From positions 570,001 through 602,000 of the forward strand of contig OW818668.1 of NCBI GenBank assembly GCA_942493105.1: a stretch of 32,000 nucleotides of DNA, given 5' to 3'. Both the position numbers and the translations under genes were made by a program. The notes below the pieces were generated by a model. That model saw only the letters and a program-made list of their open reading frames with translations, did not search any database and was not told where the DNA came from. Source of the stretch: an uncultured Erysipelotrichaceae bacterium (GTDB lineage Bacteria > Bacillota_I > Bacilli_A > Erysipelotrichales > Erysipelotrichaceae). This document shows positions 26,838 through 32,000 of this stretch, piece by piece. Position 1 is the first letter of the stretch. Every line of letters starts with the position of its first letter.

Positions 26838-26847
26838 AAGCACATTT

Positions 26848-26856
26848 ATTATACCA
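26848..26856 (-). promoter_or_regulatory. Extended -10 element (TGgTATAAT) 10 nt upstream of the ksgA ATG
   Basis: Minus strand TGGTATAAT, then aaatgtgctt, then ATG (26835-26837). No SD. It follows the permease terminator directly. Confidence 0.5.
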
Positions 26857-26865
26857 TTTAAGGCA

Positions 26866-26894
26866 TCAAAAAACGGAAACCGAAGTTTCCGTTT
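26866..26894 (-). terminator. Rho-independent terminator of the purine permease gene
   Basis: Minus strand AAACGGAAAC-ttcg-GTTTCCGTTT followed by TTTGATG. 10-bp stem. Confidence 0.8.
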
Positions 26895-26911
26895 AGTTCA
26901 ATATAATAAGA

Positions 26912-28291
26912 CTAAATTGCTGAGAGAACGAAATTCAAGACGAAGAGTAAAGTCGCAACCAATAGAATTGGATGAACTTCTTTGATCTTGCCTTGGACCA
27001 ATTTAATGAGTGTGTATGAGATAAAGGCAAATGCGATCCCAACGGTGATGTTATAAGCAAAGGCCATCATAACAGCCGCAAAGAATGCAGGTACAGCTTC
27101 TGAGAAATCAGACCAGTTGATATCGGCAAACGAAGAAGCCATTAAGACCCCAATGATAACCAAAACTGGACCAGTTGCTGAAGCAGGAACCAAACCAACA
27201 AACGGAGCAGCAACGATGGAAACCAAGAATAAAACCGCAACAGTAACGGCTGTTAAACCAGTACGTCCGCCTTCTTCGATCCCAGCTGCTGATTCGATAT
27301 AAGTCGTTGTATTGGAAGTTCCCAATAAGGCCCCAATAGAAGTCGCAATAGAATCAGCAAACAGCGCTTTGTCCATACGGCTTGAGAAGCCTTTACCGTT
27401 TTCTAAAGCATATTCATCTTCTTTACTAAAGATACCTGAACGACGACCAGTCCCAATGAAGGTTCCAATGGTATCGAAAGTATCGGATAAGCTAAACGCA
27501 AAGATAGTGGTCAAAACGACCGGAATGCGTGATGATGTTGCGAATAAGGAAGGTAATCCTTCAGTAACAGCTTTACCAAAAAGTGCGCCTAATGCAGTAA
27601 ATGCAGCTCCAATGGATGATGTATCCAAACTTGCGGCTGTAATATTAACAACTTTCAAAGGAATACCAATTAAAGTGGTCAAGATAATGGCAATCAACAT
27701 AGCACCTTTGACTTTTTTAGCCATCAAAACAACACACAGAATCAAACCGATGATGAATAATACTTGTGGAGCTGATTTGAACGCTAAGAGTTCAGTATAA
27801 CCTGTACCGAATTCATTGAATGGAGACAATAATAACATCTTGGCATCATTGAATCCAATGAAGGCAATGAATAAACCAATACCGCCACCAATCGCATGCT
27901 GTAAAGACACAGGAATCGATTTAACGATGTGTTTACGAATGCGGGTAACCGTAATCAGAATATTGATGATCCCACATACAAAGACCATAGCAAGGGCTTC
28001 ATAAGGAGTGAATCCTAAACCAAATACAACAACGAACGTAAAGAATGCATTGAGGCCCATCCCCGGCGCCAAAGCGTAAGGAACATTAGCGAATAAACCC
28101 ATAACCAAGGTCCCGATCGCAGATGCGAAGACGGTAGCCAAGAATAATGCTCCTTTGTCCAAACCGGTATTTCCTAAGATATTCGGGTTGACAATCAGAA
28201 TGTACGCCATCGTAAAGAAGGTTGTAAACCCAGCGATGATTTCGGTGCGAACATTGGTCCCGTAATGCTTAAGCTTGAAAAACTTTTCCAT
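26912..28291 (-). CDS. NCS2/AzgA-family purine (guanine/hypoxanthine/adenine) permease, PbuG-like
   Basis: MEKFFKLKHYGTNVRTEIIAGFTTFFTMAYILIVNP matches the PbuG/AzgA N-terminus. About 13 TM helices. SD AAAAGGAG precedes the ATG at 28291 (tracked ORF begins at 28369). A purine riboswitch lies upstream. Confidence 0.9.
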   Translation of the reverse strand: MEKFFKLKHYGTNVRTEIIAGFTTFFTMAYILIVNPNILGNTGLDKGALFLATVFASAIGTLVMGLFANVPYALAPGMGLNAFFTFVVVFGLGFTPYEALAMVFVCGIINILITVTRIRKHIVKSIPVSLQHAIGGGIGLFIAFIGFNDAKMLLLSPFNEFGTGYTELLAFKSAPQVLFIIGLILCVVLMAKKVKGAMLIAIILTTLIGIPLKVVNITAASLDTSSIGAAFTALGALFGKAVTEGLPSLFATSSRIPVVLTTIFAFSLSDTFDTIGTFIGTGRRSGIFSKEDEYALENGKGFSSRMDKALFADSIATSIGALLGTSNTTTYIESAAGIEEGGRTGLTAVTVAVLFLVSIVAAPFVGLVPASATGPVLVIIGVLMASSFADINWSDFSEAVPAFFAAVMMAFAYNITVGIAFAFISYTLIKLVQGKIKEVHPILLVATLLFVLNFVLSAI

Positions 28292-28335
28292 TTCTTTCTC
28301 CTTTTTCTTTCTGTATTGAATATTAACTAACAAAT

Positions 28336-28360
28336 AAAAAAAGTCGGGAGAAACCGACTC
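28336..28360 (-). terminator. Intrinsic terminator forming the riboswitch expression platform
   Basis: Minus strand AGTCGG-tttctc-CCGACT followed by TTTTTT. It lies between the aptamer and the permease SD. Confidence 0.55.
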
Positions 28361-28398
28361 AATGAACACTAAAAGTGTCTTTATTGATCGTTTTTCTA

Positions 28399-28472
28399 AC
28401 CACAGTAGTAGGGTCGTTTACGGTAACCCTGTAGAGACTCCCTCACCATATTAGAGAGATTATATCGTTGGT
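28399..28472 (-). ncRNA. Purine riboswitch aptamer (guanine/hypoxanthine type by its discriminator C)
   Basis: Minus strand ACCAACGAUAUAAUCUCUCUAAUAUGGUGAGGGAGUCUCUACAGGGUUACCGUAAACGACCCUACUACUGUGGU. It carries the conserved UAUAAUC, AUAUGG, AGUxUCUAC and CCGUAAA cores in the order of the B. subtilis xpt G-box, with AC before the 3' P1 strand. Confidence 0.85.
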
Positions 28473-28511
28473 CAATATTAATACCGTTTAAGTATATAAA
28501 AAGATGGCCTT

Positions 28512-29051
28512 TTAGTCAATCTTTTTAGAGATAATGATGTCCATAAGCTGAGATTTTTGGATCCCTAATGCACATAATCGTGCATAGAGTTTTTTAGTAT
28601 TCACATCGCTTAAGTGAAAGTGATGCGCAACAAGATTTCTTAATGCTGAAGATTCAGGATGACCACTTAATCCAAGCTCATATAAATCGCTGAAGGTAAG
28701 ATCACTGGTGAATTCATTTAAGGTATAAAGGTTCGATAAAGCATTCAAAATAGATTCTGATGAGGCATGTTCGATCCCAACTTTATGTTTATGTCTAGCA
28801 TCTTTACTTTTTAGATGAGCATGCTTGACCAATGGACAAGCCTCTGAGATCTTTTGACGAATTAGATCACCTGGTGTATCAGGATCGGTAAAAACAATGA
28901 CCCCTCTTGTTTCGCTGTTTTCTTTGATGGTGTTTATAATTTCATCGGATATATGCATCCCGTGGGTGATGATGATTTCAGCATCGATGACTGTCTTTAG
29001 TTTATTTAGATCATGGATGCCTTCCACGACGATCAGTTCTTTGATTTTCAT
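28512..29051 (-). CDS. rnmV: Ribonuclease M5 (5S rRNA maturase, TOPRIM domain)
   Basis: MKIKELIVVEGIHDLNKLK and VIVFTDPDTPGDLIR match the RNase M5 TOPRIM motifs. Start moved to the ATG at 29051; the tracked ORF's N-terminal 47 aa run through a terminator and into the upstream gene's 3' end. Confidence 0.88.
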   Translation of the reverse strand: MKIKELIVVEGIHDLNKLKTVIDAEIIITHGMHISDEIINTIKENSETRGVIVFTDPDTPGDLIRQKISEACPLVKHAHLKSKDARHKHKVGIEHASSESILNALSNLYTLNEFTSDLTFSDLYELGLSGHPESSALRNLVAHHFHLSDVNTKKLYARLCALGIQKSQLMDIIISKKID

Positions 29052-29061
29052 AGGTCTATTA

Positions 29062-29099
29062 TAAAATAAAACAAAGCAAATTAGTTGTTTGCCTTGTTT
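29062..29099 (-). terminator. Rho-independent terminator after the lipoprotein gene
   Basis: Minus strand AAACAAGGCAAA-caactaa-TTTGCTTTGTTT (12 bp, one G-U pair) followed by TATTTTAT. Confidence 0.65.
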
Positions 29100-29109
29100 A
29101 TAATCATCG

Positions 29110-30078
29110 CTAGTTGATTTTCTCCATCTCTCCGGATATATATTCTGCAAAAGCTGTGAAATGACTACTCGAATCTTCTGGTAAAACAGCATAATAAGTT
29201 AAGTCAATCCTATCACTATGCGGATCGGAATCCAATTTAAATCCTAAATTCATGATGGACCAATCAAATGTAGGTAAAACGCGATAATCTTTATTTTTGA
29301 ATGTAAAAGTAATGACATAATCGTTTTGGATTTCCTTAGTTTCATCCATATGTAGCTTTAGAAACCCTAAGCCTTCAATTCTTAATCCAAGAATTTCGTC
29401 ACCTTCAACAAAATACATACTGGTTTGACCGCTAGGATAGCCTGGCTCTGATCGAGTCCAAGTGACGTTATATGTACCTGCCCATTTCATTGTTTCGGTG
29501 TATACCCAATCTTTTAAAGTTAAGTTCCATCCAGTTTTGAAATCATATATAGCATCAAGCGTGTAGTCAGCTCCAACTGTATAAAAGTCATCGGAATACT
29601 CTTCAGAAATAACGATGGTCATCATCCCAGATTCTTTGCTTCCCGTTGAAGAGGTTAATTTATACTCAGCTGAGTAGCCATTCCCCCAATGATTCAACAA
29701 TCTTTCACTGATTGGTTTAATGATGGACTTAACAGCTTGGGTAACCGAAGGATCACTTTTTGCACTGGCAGAAACAATATTGATGGTATTTCCTGAAAGA
29801 ACCCATTTGCCATTTGTCTTTGTATAATTCAATATGATATTTGCTTTCGCAAAAGAGTTGTATGATTCCAGAGTTGTGTCTAGTTTATAAGTTAGATTGG
29901 TTTTATCTTGAACCTTTTCGATAGTCGTCAATTCATTTATATCTGTAACCAATGCTAAATCCTGCAAATTCAAAATATCGTCCTTAAGTTGCTTGTTGCT
30001 TAATCCAGAATCACCACACCCACTTAATCCTGTAGCCACCATCAATATTATAGTTAATATCCAAATTGTTTTTTTCAT
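29110..30078 (-). CDS. Hypothetical lipoprotein (322 aa)
   Basis: Signal peptide with lipobox MKKTIWILTIILMVATGLSG-C. SD GGAAAG upstream. The mature part is beta-rich in appearance with no domain I recognise. Confidence 0.65.
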   Translation of the reverse strand: MKKTIWILTIILMVATGLSGCGDSGLSNKQLKDDILNLQDLALVTDINELTTIEKVQDKTNLTYKLDTTLESYNSFAKANIILNYTKTNGKWVLSGNTINIVSASAKSDPSVTQAVKSIIKPISERLLNHWGNGYSAEYKLTSSTGSKESGMMTIVISEEYSDDFYTVGADYTLDAIYDFKTGWNLTLKDWVYTETMKWAGTYNVTWTRSEPGYPSGQTSMYFVEGDEILGLRIEGLGFLKLHMDETKEIQNDYVITFTFKNKDYRVLPTFDWSIMNLGFKLDSDPHSDRIDLTYYAVLPEDSSSHFTAFAEYISGEMEKIN

Positions 30079-30235
30079 GATGAATCTTTCCTGAGATCCC
30101 CAATTGTGAACTCATTTTATTATTTGATTCTAAATCATAAGACTTGCTTCTCTGCTTGTATCACTTAACTATAGAATACCCTAATTCTTATTTGATTGTA
30201 AACAGAATCGTAAACACTTTTTACATCTGCCTATG

Positions 30236-30265
30236 CAAAATAAAAGTAAGCTGTTAGGCTTACTT
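30236..30265 (-). terminator. Rho-independent terminator of the 3D-domain gene
   Basis: Minus strand AAGTAAGC-ctaaca-GCTTACTT followed by TTATTTT. It overlaps the stop codon at 30260-30262. Confidence 0.65.
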
Positions 30266-31102
30266 TGCGCAGGTCATTTGACCTAAACTGTTTCGCTTCC
30301 ACTTCAAGAATCCAACAACCGTAACCTTAGTGCCTTTAGAATTGGCATTGTGGATAACGGTATCCAAATAACCTTCAGTTCCAATGAAGAAGTCTAATCG
30401 ATTGGTGGTTATCGCACCGCCTCGATCAGCGACCAGTACTTTGAAGGGAACCCCTTCTTTAATACCGCTTCCTGAAAAATGATGATTTGAGATTTCTAGA
30501 ACAGTACACAATGGGAAGGCTTTATCAGCAGCTACCATATAGTAACCATCATATGTAATCCCGTTTTTCCATGTTCCATTGCTTTGTCTGACCGCTGTGG
30601 CCGAGACTTTTAATAAACTGGCCATAGTGGCCGTTGTAGCGCCAGGTGCTTCACAGCCAACACAATCAAACCCGTAGCGGGAGATGGTTCTGGCATAGAA
30701 GTAAGCGCCTTTGGTGACTTTAGCACCATACTGATAGGTAACAGGGACAGCTTGGATAAGCTGTTCTGAACCTGGGATTTTGACTTTAGATAGAATATTT
30801 CCATCAAGGTCATAGGTAATACGATAGGTAGTTGCGAGTTGCGAAGGGCTACCCGACTTTACTTTCGAAATCAACCATCTATAACCTGTTCTACTGGAAG
30901 CGTAAGCTAATTCAACGACTTTTTGTGTTGCCACAACTTCATATTCTGTAATTTCAACAATCTTGTAGGGCACCGTATCATTGACACTCAGAAAAGCATT
31001 TTCCTGAGATTGTTGTAATACGATGTTTGTAGACTCCAATGTTGAGCATGATGCAAGCATCACAATCATTGATAGTCCAATCAGTCTTTTCAAAGGGTAC
31101 AA
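30260..31102 (-). CDS. 3D-domain (RlpA/MltA-like double-psi beta-barrel) cell-wall protein, YabE-like lipoprotein
   Basis: Lipobox MIVMLAS-C. C-terminal YYMVAADKAFPLCTVLEI...VLVADRGGAI...RLDFFIG carries the three-Asp 3D-domain pattern. It occupies the yabE slot between tatD and rnmV. TTG start 6 nt after a perfect AAGGAGG. Confidence 0.75.
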   Translation of the reverse strand: MYPLKRLIGLSMIVMLASCSTLESTNIVLQQSQENAFLSVNDTVPYKIVEITEYEVVATQKVVELAYASSRTGYRWLISKVKSGSPSQLATTYRITYDLDGNILSKVKIPGSEQLIQAVPVTYQYGAKVTKGAYFYARTISRYGFDCVGCEAPGATTATMASLLKVSATAVRQSNGTWKNGITYDGYYMVAADKAFPLCTVLEISNHHFSGSGIKEGVPFKVLVADRGGAITTNRLDFFIGTEGYLDTVIHNANSKGTKVTVVGFLKWKRNSLGQMTCAK

Positions 31103-31127
31103 ACAATTCCTCCTTGATAACGGGAGT

Positions 31128-31156
31128 ATTTTTACACAAGTTTATGAGTTTGTCAA
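31128..31156 (-). promoter_or_regulatory. Candidate SigA promoter of the 3D-domain gene
   Basis: Minus strand TTGACA (31151-31156), 17-nt spacer ending in TGt, then AAAAAT (31128-31133). Confidence 0.4.
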
Positions 31157-31198
31157 ATTTTCGGGCTTAAAACCAGGGTTTTTTGACCATTATGGGAA

Positions 31199-31966
31199 TT
31201 ATTCAAAGAGTTTCACATAGTTTCTTTCGAGGATTTCTTGAAGTTCACTAGAGCTTATCCCACGAAGTTCAGCGATTTTTTCTCCCGTATGTTTGACATA
31301 AGCACTCTCATTTCGATGGCCTCTGAAAGGATGAGGCGTAAGGTATGGACTATCTGTTTCAATCAATAAATGATTTAAATCGATGCCTTTTGCGACTTCA
31401 ACTGGGACATGAGCATTTTTAAAGGTCACTGGACCTGCAAGCGAGATCATATATCCTAACTTACTAAATTCCTTGGCCATTTCAAGTGAACTCGAGAAAC
31501 AATGCATGATCCCTTTACGTGTCACAGGATGGGCTTTCAATAAATTATAGGTCCTTTGGATCGAATCTCGTGAATGAACGAGGATGGGCTTGTTTAAAGC
31601 ATTAGCCAATTCAATTTGACGAATAAAAACAGTTTCTTGAATTTGATGATGAATGGGATCTTTATCCCAATAAAAATCTAGCCCAATTTCACCGATGGCG
31701 ATCGTTAAAGGATCCTTCATCATGATTTCCATTTCATCCCATTCTGCTTGTGTTAAATTCAAGACATCTTCAGGATGAAAACCAACTGCGACTTTAAAAA
31801 TTGGATCTTTCTTCGCTAAGGCTAAAGCTCGCTTAGCGCCTTCGATTTGACAACCAATCAATATGATTCTTTTTATGTCATTGGTTTTCGCTCTGTCTAT
31901 GACTTCTTGTATATCATTTTCAAATTCTGCTTCTGCCAAATGGGCATGTGTATCACTCCAGCTCAT
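31199..31966 (-). CDS. tatD: TatD-family metal-dependent deoxyribonuclease/hydrolase (YabD-like)
   Basis: SDTHAHL (HxH), GEIGLDFYW, LVHSRD, MHCFSS and LIETDSPYLTPHPFRG are the TatD metal-ligand motifs. 255 aa. Confidence 0.92.
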   Translation of the reverse strand: MSWSDTHAHLAEAEFENDIQEVIDRAKTNDIKRIILIGCQIEGAKRALALAKKDPIFKVAVGFHPEDVLNLTQAEWDEMEIMMKDPLTIAIGEIGLDFYWDKDPIHHQIQETVFIRQIELANALNKPILVHSRDSIQRTYNLLKAHPVTRKGIMHCFSSSLEMAKEFSKLGYMISLAGPVTFKNAHVPVEVAKGIDLNHLLIETDSPYLTPHPFRGHRNESAYVKHTGEKIAELRGISSSELQEILERNYVKLFE

Positions 31967-32000
31967 TTTATTTACCCAAACAGAATCGAGCGAACAATTC

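Noticed and set aside
27117-28004. Three consecutive plus-strand ORFs (61, 162 and 62 aa) antisense to the purine permease gene
   Set aside because: They lie entirely inside a confidently identified membrane-protein gene and have no SD or promoter. Their proline/lysine/alanine-rich low-complexity translations are typical of the reverse complement of hydrophobic codons.
28473-28511. Promoter for the riboswitch-permease transcript (TAATAT about 7 nt upstream of the aptamer P1)
   Set aside because: The position is plausible, but there is no acceptable -35 or TG extension and the region is very AT-rich. I did not list it as a feature.
31967-32000. Possible 3' end of another minus-strand gene upstream of tatD (metS occupies this slot in Bacillus)
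   Set aside because: Only 34 nt are visible. Two frames end in TAA just before the tatD ATG, but no identifiable motif fits in about 10 codons.
1-32000. Alternative genetic code (UGA=Trp), CRISPR arrays, tRNA/rRNA genes, IS elements/transposases, prophage or defence-island content
   Set aside because: TGA terminates three well-delimited genes (stops at 14790, 15583, 16542), and Trp is encoded by TGG wherever I traced codons against the sequence. I saw no repeat-spacer periodicity, cloverleaf-sized conserved RNA, terminal inverted repeats or integrase/transposase-like ORFs. Every ORF over 150 aa except two (27-494, 14790-15590) and the 322-aa lipoprotein has a housekeeping assignment.

Overview
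This is an AT-rich window coded mostly on the minus strand. It looks like core chromosome of a low-GC Gram-positive (Bacillota-type) bacterium using the standard genetic code: TGA acts as a stop at 14790, 15583 and 16542, so this is not the mollicute code. Reading the minus strand from the right, the order is tatD, a 3D-domain (yabE-like) lipoprotein, an unknown lipoprotein, rnmV, a purine-riboswitch-controlled NCS2 purine permease, ksgA/rsmA, ispE, glmU, prs and a SemiSWEET. This matches the conserved Bacillus yabD-yabE-rnmV-ksgA ... ispE ... glmU-prs neighbourhood. Next come addB-addA, an EamA transporter coupled to an unknown 266-aa protein, an IMPACT/YigZ protein, purB, murQ, chrA, a CoA-binding protein, proC, degV, a DUF2089-like regulator with a small membrane protein, a DeaD-type DEAD-box helicase, a nucleoside hydrolase, htpG, and a three-gene unit of a tiny anchored protein, an OmpR-type response regulator and a histidine kinase. 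I saw no rRNA, tRNA, CRISPR array, transposase, integrase or phage genes, and no long repeats. I do not see a convincing multi-gene novel system, and the window reads as ordinary housekeeping DNA. The points worth a second look are all modest. (1) Five genes have a -10 box 6-10 nt from the ATG and no Shine-Dalgarno, so they look leaderless. (2) purB and yigZ have head-to-head overlapping promoters. (3) A near-perfect CIRCE operator sits on htpG. (4) The AddAB pair is compact and its AddB lacks a Walker A motif. (5) A SemiSWEET is fused onto the glmU-prs operon. (6) A guanine-type riboswitch/permease cassette sits between rnmV and ksgA. (7) A promoter-embedded 16-bp-arm palindrome lies upstream of the DUF2089-like gene. 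(8) A tiny signal-peptide/C-terminal-anchor protein with phased direct repeats heads the two-component operon. (9) An unrecognisable 266-aa protein is translationally coupled to an EamA exporter. All promoter, operator and structure calls are made by eye from the sequence and are unverified.
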